63,579 nt of DNA, filler included, from Octopus bimaculoides (GCF_001194135.2; 12 parts of 11 records of this genome joined end to end with filler, not necessarily neighbours in it); one strand, 5' to 3'; shown: positions 22,971 to 36,687, numbered from the whole stretch's first letter. The notes: generated by a model not told the origin, from the letters alone. Made by a program: numbers and translations.

Positions 22971-25110
22971 TTCTGAATTATAACCAACGCAACTATACAC
23001 AAACACAACACATATCGCATACAAATTCACATTAACAAAACCGAACAGTACACAAGCACACATATATACACACACATACAAACTTACATATACACACACA
23101 TACACATACACACTCATTTCACACACACATATNNNNNNNNNNNNNNNNNNNNNNNNNNNNNNNNNNNNNNNNNNNNTTAATTAATTAANNNNNNNNNNNN
23201 NNNNNNNNNNNNNNNNNNNNNNNNNNNNNNNNCCCCCACAAAAAAAAAGAATTATTACATTGTTTTTAAAATCTTCATTTCCATAAACTACTTCACGACC
23301 AAAAATCAATTGATGGAGTGTTTCACAGTTTGTCTGGTAAAATATAAAATATGTATGATGAAGTCATTTCCACTGTTCATCATACATAATTCATTCTTTG
23401 CTGATTCTCGTTAGTTTATTCCCAAAAGGGAGAACATCTTATTTTGGAATCCATTTTGTAGTTTAGCAATCCTTGAACTATTTAAAAAAAAATTTAAGTT
23501 TCTTACCAATTCACTCAGCAAAGTTTTCTTATTATGTTACTTATGATCAGTTTCGTCCAAGATTTTTTCTTTTTTGCTAAACTTTTGTTGAAACCCACCA
23601 AATTTTCGTCCCTAAACCCTTCATTTCTCAATCATTCCCTCTGTTCTCTCTAATATTAAAATTTGCTTCCACACAAACGTTGAGCTTAGTGTAACCTAGA
23701 TCGCTTTTATTGCTCTCTCAACTATTCTCGATTTCATTGTTACTTAACATGCTACTCTTAATTTCTTTTCTCTGTATACATCTTTCCTACTCCAACACAC
23801 CTTTATTTCTTTTGTTATGAACAACCTTTCATCCCTCTATGTCTCTTTGAATTTTCTTCATGATTTCATCTAGATTCAATATATCACCTATGTATTTTTT
23901 CAGTCAGCTTCACGTGTGCCATGTTGTTTCATACTAAACTGGATTTCTTTCTATGAAAATATCTTCTGTTGCTTAAATTATTGTTAAGATCCTGCTACGG
24001 TTTTTAGATATATTGTAAAAATATTCATATCCATTAACTACTTCATGCTGAGTGTATTTGTTGAATCCAATCCCGCTTGTTACGTAGCCTTCCACAGTGA
24101 GTATAAGACATTGTGGCACAGCCGTTTTGGCGCTGCTAGTTTGGCATCACTGAGTCGATGCTGGCTGATTAGATAATTTAATGTTAGTTGGTTTTAAATG
24201 TTTTGTTCCTTTTTAAAGTCTCTCTCTCTCTCTGCGGTTCGGCAAAAGTGACCGTTAGAATAAGTACTAGGCTTACAAAGATTAAGTCCTGGAGTCGATT
24301 TGCTCGACTAAAGGTGGTGCTCCAGCATGGCCACAGTCAATTGACTGAAATAATTAAAAGAGTATTCAAATTTCAAGAATGTGAGGCAGGAGGGAACAGC
24401 CAAGTTCTGTTCATTCTGGCACTTTATGCTTATATGTAGACTGGTTGTTTTATTTTCTTAAAATATCTTGCATCTCTTTCTTACAAATCGTCAAGCTTCC
24501 GACACTTTGAAATTTCCTTTCGTAATTGTTTAGCCAACTTATCCTTGAATGGAAAATATATCTTTCTGTGAATGTCACTTGAGTTTCTCTAGTTTGTTTA
24601 CCTTTGGTTACAAATCATATGACGTTGTGGAAGCAATCAACTTTGGTAGATACCAATTTTCATTTTGAAGTTTCAATCAGTCAAGCGATTTTTTTTTTTA
24701 CCTTTTCTAACTTTAGACTTTTTCTTTACTGCTATTTTCTGTATCAAATTTGATGTAACCACCTTTTGTTTATTTGTAAATGTTTAACTATTGACAGCTG
24801 CTTGTAGATTTTCCTAAATCATTCAAAATTTAAATTTCATTATAGCTTGTTCGCCTTCCATTCTTTCATCTATGTATTTTACTTGTAGTCCTAAACACTG
24901 CTTATTTCAACATTTCAATTCTGTTTCTTCAGTTACACTCACATTTATTACAATTTTTATTGAAATGTTTCTTTATGGAAAGATTTTAAAAGTAATTTCA
25001 ATTTTGATGACGATAATTTCTTCAACAAAATTTCTTTCTTATTCACAGCATATTTTACATTCATTGTTGTTTTTTTTCTGTCTTTTTCAACCAGTTTTAT
25101 TGCTATTATT

Positions 25111-25498
25111 GTGGAGGCGCAATGGCCCAATAGTTAGGGCAGCGGACTAGCGGTCATAGGATCGCGGTTTCGATTCCCAGACCGGGCGTTGTGAGTGTTT
25201 ATTGAGCGAAAATACATAAAACTCCACGAGGCTCCAGCAGGGGATGGTGGCGAACCCTGCTGTACTCTTCCACCACAACTTTCTCTCACTCTTACTTCCT
25301 GTTTCTGTTGTGCCTGTAATTCAAAGGGTCAGCCTTGTCACACTGTGTCACGCTGAATATCCCCGAGAACTACGTTAAGGGTACACGTGTCTGTGGAGTG
25401 CTCAGCCACTTGCACATTAATTTCACGAGCAGGCTGTTCCGTTGATCGGATCAACTGGAACCCTCGACGTTGTAAGCGACGGAGTGCCAACAACAACA
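25111..25498 (+). mobile_element. tRNA-derived SINE family D (full length)
   Basis: tRNA-like head gtggaggcgcaatggcccaatagttagggc...ggtttcgattccc, conserved body, (CAA)n tail; homologous to 60494-60800 (-). Confidence 0.85.
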
Positions 25499-25671
25499 TT
25501 GCTATTATCAGTAAAACCACACTTCTTTTCTGTAGACCATTCTCCAGGAGCCATTTTCATGGACAGTTTCCTCTTTCATGGATTACTACCTCTGGAGCAT
25601 GTCTCTATTCGACTACAATTTTATTGTCAATCTGCATTCGACTTCTAATGTACATCCATATCTTTGCAGTC

Positions 25672-25815
25672 GAAGACGGACAATTGGCAAAGTTGTTAAA
25701 ACGTTGGATAGAATGCTTCACGGGATTTGTTTCAAGTGTGTGTGCTCTGAGTTCAAATCCAGCCGAGATCAACTTTGCTTTCATCGTTTCGGTTTATCAT
25801 TTCTAGATCGATAAA
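25672..25815 (+). mobile_element. SINE family B (diverged)
   Basis: ctctgagttcaaatccagccgagatcaactttgctttcatc B-box segment. Confidence 0.7.
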
Positions 25816-26050
25816 AAACAAAATAAAACAAAGAAACTAAAAAAAAAAGCAAAAGACCCAATGCATCTTTGGACTGCGGTCATGCTGGGGTTCAGACTTT
25901 TAAGGGTTTAGTCAAACAAATCCTCCCTAGTATTTATTATTTTAAGATTATGGTACTTATTTCATCCGTCTCTTATGTCAAACTGATAGAGGTTACAGGG
26001 ACATAAATAAACCAGCACCAGTTGTCATGCGAAGTTGAGGAGACAAGCAT

Positions 26051-26114
<64 letters not shown>

Positions 26115-27449
26115 NNNNNNNNNNCCTACCTACTTTTTTCTCGCTTGATCAAAAAGGACATTGTCTGACACTTTTTAGAATCCCAGAAATTGCTGAGAAG
26201 GAAGGAAGCATCCTCGAAGTAGAGACGTGAACAGAATGTGAAGATGTTAAACCTTGCGGGGGATTAAGTCTATGACCCAAGTAAGCCACAGCAAGATTTG
26301 AACTCAGGTTGCAAAAAGTCAGGATAAAAGAATCCAGTTCCACTAGCCGAAGTTTAAATTCGGAATGCAAGAATTTGGCGAGAGAAAAAAGAGAGACCAC
26401 CGCAAGGCATTTCCTCTGACGCTTTCGTGTATTTTTCCTGACTGTTAAAGACCAAAGGACTTCGGACACAAGGAATTCTGGCGATTTTGTTGTTTTTATT
26501 TTTTCTCCAGTTTCACATGGAAAAAGAAAAGAAAACGAAATAAAAGAGAAAAAGAAGATAAAGAGAAGAAAATCAAAGACAGTTTTATATTAATAATTCG
26601 AAGAAAATCGAAGATTCCAGTATTTTCTGCTTTAATTTGCATTGCCGTGGCGTAGAGAAATCGGTAGTAATATATAGATATTTCTCACAAGTTAATGACC
26701 AGGTTTATCTATTAGAGAGAGCTTTTTAGATCAAAGTACACAATTATTTATGTAAGGATTCTTTCTTTAACTGATGCTGTTCGTGGATTCTGTCGGACGG
26801 ACCGAGCAATTCCAACTTCACTCATCGAGATGGCTTCAACGAAAAATATGGGTCTCTAATTGGAGGATTTTGTAAAACAACAGGCAATTTTTTTTACATT
26901 TTTATTTTATTTATTTTTGTTGAATCGATTTCCGGATAACTGAACCATGGAAAAGATTTCTTAGTTACACGATCCATTTTCTCCAAAGAACGTGTTATTC
27001 TTTGGTGAAAACACATGTAGTTTCCGTTTAGTTTCAAAGTTTACGACCTGATTTCGTTTCTCCAGCGAAACAATATGACTTCACGTTCGTTACAAAAACA
27101 ATTAAAAATCTATGAATTCCATTTCTCCAACAGAATATAACTAAAGGTGTATTTTATAGTCTGAAAAGTTCTTCGACGAGCCTGAAAATGGTCCTAAGTA
27201 ACCGATTCTGGTACAGAGCGTGAAAGTAAGAGAAAGAGAGGGGGTAGGGATAGGGGGAGAGAAGAGAATTGGTTTCACTACTTGATTGGAAATTTTATCC
27301 CCGGAAGCATGAAAGATAAAGTTGACCTTAGCAGGAACTGATCTCGAAACACAAAGAACCAAAATAAATATTGCAAGGCATTCAGTCTAAAACTCCAAGA
27401 ATTCTGCCAATTAGTGCCCTGGAAGGGTCAAAGCGACGGGATTTGAGCT

Positions 27450-28010
27450 GACAGTGCAGCGAGCTGTAAGTCTTTTTATCCGCTGTTCTGACGACTCTGC
27501 TACTCTTCCGGCTTACCAATGTCCTATAGACATGCCCTTTCGTTTCTCTGCCACAATTACTAGATTTCCTTCCGCTCGGCACCTATGTCTTCTCCATTGC
27601 CACCTTTTCTCTATCTTTCTGGTATTGTTTAACCCAAGACGCTGGTGCCGATCATCGAAACTTATGATTAACAGACTTTCAAATTGTGATCTTCCCACCT
27701 TTTTTTTGTGCATTCGGGCTACCTTTTCCAATGTATCCCTGGCAGGACGTGGTTTGCCGGAGACTTGACTACTATTTCTAGAATACTGAGTGAACACATA
27801 GATGCTCTTTCCTCAGTGACCCGAGCCTTGCTCATGGTTTTCTCAAAAGCATCCACAATTACATCCAATTGAACCAGAATAGACAGCTTGATACTAATCC
27901 AGTACACAACTTCAAATTGGGGTTCTTCAATCTTGTTAGTCAATCTTTACTGTTGAATCAGAACCCTACTTTAGATTAGTAACTGTATACGAATGCTTTA
28001 AGTACAGTGG
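27450..28010 (-). pseudogene. Ancient RTE-like reverse transcriptase remnant
   Basis: Frameshifted pieces LKAF...; DAFEKTMSKARVTEE...; LEKVARMHKKKVG...LLIISFDD...; VIVAEKRKGMSIG align by eye to the RT motifs KAFD, KVRV, LRFADD and I.AEKTK.M. Confidence 0.45.
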
Positions 28011-29169
28011 TTCATCTCATGTCAACCTCACACAACAATCCTCCTTACTTCGCTATTAGTAGTTCAAGCATTTCTCAGACTGATGTTTAGAGTCCACTCC
28101 CGTTAAATTATTCTTGCATCTCTCTGACGTTGAAATAGTTCGCCACGATCAATGTAATAGAATAGATTGATTTTCGAGACAAAATTAAAAAAATAAGGGT
28201 GGAAACGACTTTGCACATACAAAGTATTTCCTTATAATAGCTTTCCGCTTCATTCAATAACATTGTAAGTTCCATAGGCTTGGATAATTCACACCCAGTT
28301 ATTTCCCTTCTCTTCTTTAACTTTTCTATTGACCTTACAATTTTGTTAAACGGAAAATGTAGTAATATGTGCGTATATATGACATGTTTAGGCAGTTTGT
28401 CATCGATAGATGGACGAACTACTTGCTAATGACATTAATGAATTAATAAATCGGTTAGGCTGATCAATACTCTTTCATTAGAATTTACAAGATCCTGGCA
28501 GTGATGGTTTTATTGGAAGATTTCACGAGACTTACTCAACTATTTATGAGTTCGTTGTATTTGGTTTGACTCGACTTCGAGGAGTGGAGGGGGGTTATTT
28601 ATTATACTTGCTTTCTTTACTCGCTCTTTAATTGTTACCCACAGCTTTCGGTTAGATTACACAGCAGTGAATAGCATCAATTAATTATTTAATTAATTAG
28701 AAATGTTATTATTGCATAGACTGTAGGTGACTTTTGTCTCTGTAATGATATATTGAAAGCTTTAATGTTTTCCAGAAAATAAGTGTTGCTGGCTTCATTC
28801 ATTAATACTGTAGAATGATTCATTTGTTTGCCCGTATAAGGATTCCACCGGAGCATTGGAAACAAGTTTACATTAGCTTCTCACATCAGCCATTGGTTTC
28901 TGCTGTTGGCACAAAGCCACGTGTTTGAAATGTCAAATTATATAAATATTAGCTACAATACATTGCTAAGAACAAATTGTAATTTCAAACAAGGCTCGCA
29001 GACATGCAAGGGAAAAAGGGTGTACAGTCAATTAGGACAATTGGCAGAATCGTTAGAGCGTTGGACAGAACGCTTCGAGGCATTCGTTCCGATGTCCTGC
29101 GTTCTGAGTTCAACTCCTACTGAGGTCAACTTTGCTTTTCTTCATTTCGGGACCAGGCCAGGTCAAGTA

Positions 29170-29520
29170 TAGGGACATGCGCCGTTGCAACGCGTCGCTA
29201 CATCCACCGTTTGTTAGTATTTGCTCAGACGGTCATCCCAGGCAATGCTCTGAGAAGTTTCCCTGTTAGTCTCCATCTCTGCAAGATACTTCCTCATCTG
29301 TCGTGACCATATAGTGTGTGGCCGACAACTGGTTCCTCGGAGAAGAGAGTGCGATATGCGGGATCCAACTCAGAAAACTGAGCAACATGACCAAAGAGTC
29401 TGAGTTGATGCTGTCGAAGTATACAAGTAAAAGAGAACATATCCCAGTCTCTGAATAGTCATTGGTTAAATAAGAAATCTGACTAATGGTCATCCATCAT
29501 CCTACGAAGCGTCCTGGTAC
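29170..29520 (-). mobile_element. RTE LINE 3' end remnant
   Basis: Reads RQHQLRLFGHVAQFSELDPAYRTLFSEEP... and TIWSRQMRKYLAEM..., the RTE C-terminal RQLRLFGHVAR motif. Confidence 0.75.
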
Positions 29521-29904
29521 CAAAGGAGTTCAGATGGCTTCTAAGGGTCACAGACAGTGTTCAACTCATACAACTATAGACCAAGGCAGGGTGGACCGGA
29601 AACGTGAAGACCCGAACCTGGATTGGCGGAACTGTGAGAGCATTGTGCCGGATGTCTGACAGTATTTGTTCCGTTTCTTTGCTTGTTGTGTTCAAATCCC
29701 GCCATAGACTGCTTAGTTTGGACTCTACCCGGTTTAACACGTTTACTTGGTACTTTGGGTATCTTTAGCGGAGTCCACTTGGTCGTAAGCATTCGAACCC
29801 TCCTTCCCTCCTTCCCTCCCTACCTACCTACTTCCTACAAGTTTTGGAGGGAAGACTCTGCTTCCCCGCGTGACTAAAAGATATTTAAAAATTGAATTGT
29901 TGTT

Positions 29905-30120
29905 TAAAGCTGGTGGAATCGTTACTGTACCGGAAAAAATGCTTAGCTGCATTTCTGCCGAACAAAATGCTTAACTGCATTTCTGCCGAACAAAATGCTT
30001 AGCTGCATTTCTTCCGAAGTTGACTTTGCCTGTCGTCCTGTTGGAGTCGATAAAATAAGTACTAGTAAAGTGCTGGGTCGATGTAATCGGTTAACCCCAT
30101 CCTCCAAAATTTCAGGCTAT
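29905..30120 (+). mobile_element. SINE family B with internal 28-bp triplication
   Basis: aaaatgcttagctgcatttctgccgaac repeated about 3 times (29937-30018), followed by a family B tail (gtcgataaaataagtactag). Confidence 0.7.
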
Positions 30121-30149
30121 ATCAGAATATAGGAAGACGGGCAGAAATA

Positions 30150-30335
30150 TGAGGGAGAAATAGTCGTGTAATTCGACCGTAGTACTTAATTGGTACTTAA
30201 TTTTATCACCTCTGAAAGGATGATAGGCAAATTGGACCTCGGCGGAATTTGAACTCAGAACGTAAAGAATCGGATCAAATACCATAAAGTATTTTTTCCC
30301 CGATGTTCTAACAATTTTGCCAGCTCGTCGCCTTT
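30150..30335 (-). mobile_element. SINE family B
   Basis: Reverse complement of aaggcgacgagctggcaaaattgttagaac...gttctgagttcaaattccgccgagg. Confidence 0.8.
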
Positions 30336-31099
30336 CTTACAAACACAATATTCTCAACTCGAAGTTAAGTGAATTAGGAAAGCGAGATAATGGAACTTTT
30401 GTTTCACTTGTGATAATAGAAAATCCTTTCTTCTTTGTTATTCTGGAATAAAGCTTTCCGAGTGTGTTTTGGTAATTGCCCTTTTCCTAATGTGTAAAAG
30501 ACTTGTATCTGCCGAGATAAATTCTACATTAACGAAATGTATACTATTTAAGCCACCTCAAAAAAGGTCTCCAAACTATATTATGAAAAGAATTTGCAAA
30601 AGCTAGTTGCCCTCTAACATGATAATGATTGTGTGAAACGGCGTTGAATAAGAATTTCCCACTTGAGAATTCAGTTCTGTTTTGGCTCACAGGAATCTTA
30701 TTCTCTTTCCGGTTTTCAATTTTGAATAGCCTCTCTGAATGGATTCTATCAAAGCTTTGTTACATATCAATAATTAAGTTGCTGACGAGGCATATTTATA
30801 TCGCCAGTATTTTGCGATGCACTTGCTCTACCCTCACACACTCTCGGCAAACTATTAATATTCGTAAATGAATTTACTTGAAACTGATTGATAGAAATTT
30901 GTTGGTTAAATTTTCTATAAGCTTCAGCGTTTTTCCCGGGTTTGATTTTAAATTGCATCTGGTAGAGAAGCCTACTACCAGATGCAATTTAATGCGGAGC
31001 TTTGAGAAATGTGTTTAGGGTTAGCCACTAATATTCGCAAGTATACTCTGACCAGAAGTAATAGCACCTGTCATGCCGTAAATCGTATGCTGGAGGGCT

Positions 31100-31480
31100 T
31101 GCCTACCTATGTATGGGAAGACCGACCGAATCCAGTAAACTCTGAAGAAGAAACTAGCCCTATACATAACAAACTCTTCTCCACGATAGGGACATACCCT
31201 GATCGTTGGAAACACTATAGTATTCTTATCTCCAAGAAATACAACCACCCTAAATCATTGCACTCAGTTCTAAGATCTTTAAGGTAATAGAATCAGACGT
31301 TATCAACGACGCCCTCCAGCACTTTGTATCTTTCTCTCTTCTTAATGAGTACGAGTACAGTTTCCACAAGGCCAGCTCCAATGAGGACCTACTTTTGTCT
31401 GTCACTCACCCGTGAGTTATTCCTTTGGAGAAATTTGATGAAAGCAACATTGTCACTCGACATCAACAAAGTCTTCTGCT
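31100..31480 (+). pseudogene. CR1/Jockey-group LINE reverse transcriptase remnant
   Basis: NKLFSTIGTYPDRWKH...KK and EYSFHKASSNEDLLLSVTHP*VIPLEKFDES...LDINKVF resemble KLF...G.FP..WK and QYGFRK.RST.DLL...LDISKAF. Confidence 0.7.
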
Positions 31481-31486
31481 ATAGCC

Positions 31487-31830
31487 CCGGGTCGATCACA
31501 GCCTTGTGAATGGATTTGGTAGACGGAAACTGAAAGAAGCCCGTCGTATATGTAAATTTATGTGAGTGCGTGTCTGTGTGTGTGAGTGTGCGTGTGTGTG
31601 CGTGTGTGCACGCGTGCGTGTATGCGTGTGTGTTTCTCCCCACACTGCCCGACAACCGGTGTTGGTGTATTTACGTCTCCGTAACTTAGAGGTTCGTCAA
31701 AAATAACCGATAGAACAAGTACCAGGCTTTAAAAGATAAGTACGGGAGTCTATTCATTCAACTAAAATTTCTTCAAAGCAGTACCCCAGCATGGCCGCAG
31801 TCTAATGACTGAAACACGTAAAAGATAACA
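31487..31830 (+). mobile_element. SINE family A (5'-truncated)
   Basis: gccttgtgaatggatttggtagacggaaactgaaagaagcccgtcg...catggccgcagtctaatgactgaaac. Confidence 0.85.
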
Positions 31831-31855
31831 AATAAGAGATATATGATACTTGTAA

Positions 31856-31930
<75 letters not shown>

Positions 31931-33039
31931 CAGCTGTCTGTCTGTCTGTCTTTGTCCCTGCCTCTGTCACACTATCCATATACATAAGAAATACACTCAC
32001 ATACACACACACATACACACACACACACACACACATACACACACATACACACACACACATGGATATACAAATATCAGAGAGGGGAAACTGATAGTTTATT
32101 GAGAGTGAGCGTGTGAGTCTCTGTCTGTGTGTGTGTGTGTGTGTGTGTGCACGTGTGTGTGTGTGGGTGCATATGTGCATGTGTATGCGTGTGGGCACGT
32201 GTGTGTGTGTGCAAGTGCATATATGTATGCGCGCGTGCGTATGAATGAGTGTATGTGTGTGTATGTGCGCATGTGTGTGCGCGTGTGTGTGCGTGTGTGT
32301 GTGTGAAGAGAGTTGAATGAGGGAGCCGTATGTGTAGATTTATTATGATTTGCTCTGCTGCAGATATTGAATGCTCTCAAGAAACCTCCTCAAGCAAGAA
32401 TTATTCTGTACTCTGGTAGTTCATCCTACAGATAAAATGTGGCTATATTATTACATTTCTGTGTTTTATTTTTATAGATTTCCATAAAACAGCTGTTTCA
32501 CCTCTATCTTCGTCTTACAGAAAATTATTTCCATCCATTCTCCCCCCCCCCCNNNNNNNNNNNNNNNNNNNNNNNNNNNNNNNNNNNNNNNNNNNNNNNN
32601 NNNNNNNNNNNNNNNNNNNNNNNNNNNNNNNNNNNNNNNNNNNNNNNNNNNNNNNNNNNNNNNNNNNNNNNNNNNNNNNNNNNNNNNNNNNNNNNNNNNN
32701 NNNNNNNNNNNNNNNNNNNNNNNNNNNNNNNNNNNNNNNNNNNNNNNNNNNNNNNNNNNNNNNNNNNNNNNNNNNNNNNNNNNNNNNNNNNNNNNNNNNN
32801 NNNNNNNNNNNNNNNNNNNNNNNNNNNNNNNNNNNNNNNNNNNNNNNNNNNNNNNNNNNNNNNNNNNNNNTTTCTATTATTTTTATTTTTGGCAATGATT
32901 TCAGATGAAGAAAAAAAAATAAATAAAATGAAATAAATAAATAAACGATGAAGAAATGATAGAAAATGATAAAACATTTCATTTTTTTTCTCTCTCTTTT
33001 TTATGCAAATAAGTGATTTATTGGTCTACATAAGAGTGT

Positions 33040-33088
<49 letters not shown>

Positions 33089-33393
33089 AATTATATAATG
33101 ATAATAATGAGTTTTACTTAGGTACAATACCAAAAACGTATTGGTCTATTGTAGCAAGATTGCATGATTTTGATGCATTTCTTTTAAGGGCTTTAGCAGT
33201 GTAACGAAGTGTAATATTTTCAAACTGAAATCGAATGAAATGTCTTGGATACACTTTGCCCGGGATTTACTGAATTACTCTGTAGAACTGGTCGTAAGGA
33301 TTCTACAAAAACAGTGAAGAATTGTTGCTGTTCTACGAAACAGTAGCAAATATTTCTTATCACTGTAAAATACATAACCGCTGAGGAACTTAC

Positions 33394-33509
33394 TTTTTGA
33401 ACTGGTAATATTAGGCACGATGCCCTGTAGTTTTGAAATAAAACGAGCTGTTGCAACGTTCATGCCTTTCTCATAAGCATAAATGATATTAGTGAAGTAG
33501 TGAAAGGGG
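33394..33509 (-). CDS. Candidate exon, MAM-like repeat
   Basis: cttaag|C CCC TTT CAC TAC...TCA AAA A|gtaagt; reads PFHYFTNIIYAYEKGMNVATARFISKLQGIVPNITSSK, resembling MAM HY.Y....G..ARLISP. A ~91-nt intron ending tttttgtag continues as KSLRPVLQ, paralleling PNIRAPAGKSLY in exon 55735. Confidence 0.5.
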
Positions 33510-34227
33510 CTTAAGATTTTAAGATATGAATGAAAATTGCGTTGTGATCACGACTCACTAAGTGTTTCATTTTTAACCTTTAGCTTTGAGGCACTCGACG
33601 AAGTTTATATTAAATATTGTAACCAATGAATGATGCAAGAAAAAAAAAACATGAAAAACTTCCGGGGGATCAACAAACAACAGGGAAGAACTCTCCTTCA
33701 CAACCATCATTGAAATTTTATTTATGTATTTTATTTTATTTTATTTCATTTTATTTTTATCAGCAGTAAATCGATGCCTTTTACACCGATAAACCGATAN
33801 NNNNNNNNNNNNNNNNNNNNNNNNNNNNNNNNNNNNNNNNNNNNNNNNNNNNNNNNNNNNNNNNNNNNNNNNNNNNNNNNNNNNNNNNNNNNNNNNNNNN
33901 NNNNNNNNNNNNNNNNNNNNNNNNNNNNNNNNNNNNNNNNNNNNNNNNNNNNNNNNNNNNNNNNNNNNNNNNNNNNNNNNNNNNNNNNNNNNNNNNNNNN
34001 NNNNNNNNNNNNNNNNNNNNNNNNNNNNNNNNNNNNNNNNNNNNNNNNNNNNNNNNNNNNNNNNNNNNNNNNNNNNNNNNNNNNNNNNNNNNNNNNNNNN
34101 NNNNNNNNNNCCTTCAGACAGAGAATCATTTATTAATCTTCCCATATTCCAGAACAGCTGTATTTCTAGTTTCCGGCGGTGGCGAAAGTTAAAAATAGTA
34201 CAAAAAAAGATAATAATAACAATACTA

Positions 34228-34284
<57 letters not shown>

Positions 34285-35712
34285 GTAATAATACAATGCG
34301 CACAAAAATACAAAGTTAAAGTAAACAAAAGATGAAATAAAAATAGAACAGCTAATTATTTTCTTTCTTAGAAGTAACCAGACGAACAGTCAGGCAGACA
34401 TACTGACAACTACTGTCCTGTTATGTTCTGGTGATTCACACATTATGTGGGTGTGTGTGTGTGTGTGTGTGTGCGCATGTGGGTGTGGTTTTGTAACAAC
34501 GAAGACCCTAAAGATGGATATAAATAACATCCTTTGAACTGAACTTTCAGCAACCAATTTTAAATCTGGATAAAATTATACTATTTTGAATAAATATACG
34601 AATGAAAGGTTTCGTAATATTCTTGCAGGTTCTCAAGGGAATCGCAGTATGCATTTAGTGCATGAACGAATGGAAACCCGGATGTAATGAAAGATTAATC
34701 AATATAGTTACATATGAGGATTCGCAGGAAGTGATGTCATACAATCTGTATAGACATATACATACATACACACACACACACACATACATAGACACGCATG
34801 TATGGGTGTGTGTGTATACATACACACACATACACACACACTTTTTATCGGAGAGAGGGGTCTGTTTGTGCAATTAAGAAAAATGGAGTGTGCTAATTGA
34901 TGTATGTACTCACATTTGAAGAATTTCTAATTAACAGTAATTTGACGGTATGGTATAATTATGATAGCCTCCTCATATATACAAAGGAAATGCACAACGA
35001 CACGTCGTATGTGTGTGTACATATACACGTATATGTATTTATGCATGTACATACATGCATATATATATATGCACACACATATATATATGCGTATACATAC
35101 ATGCATATATATATATATATATATATANNNNNNNNNNNNNNNNNNNNNNNNNNNNNNNNNNNNNNNNNNNNNNNNNNNNNNNNNNNNNNNNNNNNNNNNN
35201 NNNNNNNNNNNNNNNNNNNNNNNNNNNNNNNNNNNNNNNNNNNNNNNNNNNNNNNNNNNNNNNNNNNNNNNNNNNNNNNNNNNNNNNNNNNNNNNNNNNN
35301 NNNNNNNNNNNNNNNNNNNNNNNNNNNNNNNNNNNNNNNNNNNNNNNNNNNNNNNNNNNNNNNNNNNNNNNNNNNNNNNNNNNNNNNNNNNNNNNNNNNN
35401 NNNNNNNNNNNNNNNNNNNNNNNNNNNNNNNNNNNNNNNNNNNNNNNNNNNNNNNNNNNNNNNNNNNNNNNNNNNNNNNNNNNNNNNNNNNNNNNNNNNN
35501 NNNNNNNNNNNNNNNNNNNNNNNNNNNNNNNNNNNNNNNNNNNNNNNNNNNNNNNNNNNNNNNNNNNNNNNNNNNNNNNNNNNNNNNNTATATATATACA
35601 TATATATATATATATACAGAAGTGAGTGGACAAACGAAAGAAGGGCACTCAACCAAGTTATTGGGAGTTACATGTATGGATCAAAACAGTTTTATTCAAG
35701 TTCGTTGATGCT

Positions 35713-36019
35713 CTTGATTTTCAAGCGTGACACTAGTCAGCAGCCATTTTGAATTCGAATGACAAAAATTGATTGCTATTACCATAAGGTGGACTGCGAT
35801 TGGTCGAGGAAGGTCACGTGGTGTCATGGTTTGATGTTGGTATATGGATAACAGTTAGTTACCCATATACCAACTAACTGTTATCCATATACCAACATCA
35901 AACCACAACGCCGCGTGACCTTCCTCGACCAATGGCAGCGCACCTTACTGTAATAACAATTGACTTCGGTCATCTAAATTCAAAATGGCTGACGACTAGC
36001 ATCACGCTTGAGACTCAAG
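35713..36019. mobile_element. Fold-back (palindromic) MITE
   Basis: About 145-bp arms: tcaagcgtga..cagccattttgaatt..ggtcgaggaaggtcacg..atggataacagttagtt / aactaactgttatccat..cgtgaccttcctcgacc..aattcaaaatggctg..tcacgcttga, with an 11-nt centre. Confidence 0.85.
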
Positions 36020-36254
36020 GGTACCAACGAATTTGAATCAAACTCTTTTAATCCACACACACACACATATGTGCATACATGTATATGTATATATATTTGT
36101 ATGTATGCATGTTGTTTCTACATACCAATACACTTATACACTTTATTATTCAAGAAGTAGAAGAAAAACATTTGTATATCTAAATGCAAGTAGCTTATAC
36201 ATTGCCAAACTTTTAAATGTATGTATATATATATATAGTCTCTCTCTCTCTCAA

Positions 36255-36290
<36 letters not shown>

Positions 36291-36646
36291 NNNNNNNNNN
36301 ATATATACACATACATACATACATACATACATGCACATATATACATAATATACACAAAAGTGCAACAATGTTGCGTAAACAAATGCTTAGCTTTTATTCA
36401 CATGTATGATGGAGAAATGCTCTTGCTATTACGTTTGCATATATCTATGCATATTTTTATATATACATGTGCGTGTATATATTTTTATATATTATCGTAG
36501 TTTATAGTTACAAGCAGATACATACACCCAGCACAAACCATACACACACGCACACACACACACACGCGCGCGAGCACGTGCACGCACGCACGCATACACA
36601 CATCAATGCATGTCTGTGTGTCTATATACATATATATATATGTGTT

Positions 36647-36687
<41 letters not shown>

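Noticed and set aside
23233-25090. Possible degraded DNA transposon in AT-rich DNA
   Set aside because: No catalytic motif or paired TIRs could be shown by eye.
25111-25190. tRNA-like sequences (also 60740-60800 and the heads of SINE families A and B)
   Set aside because: A- and B-box-like motifs continue into multi-copy SINE bodies, some with TSDs, and no complete cloverleaf was seen; not tRNA genes.
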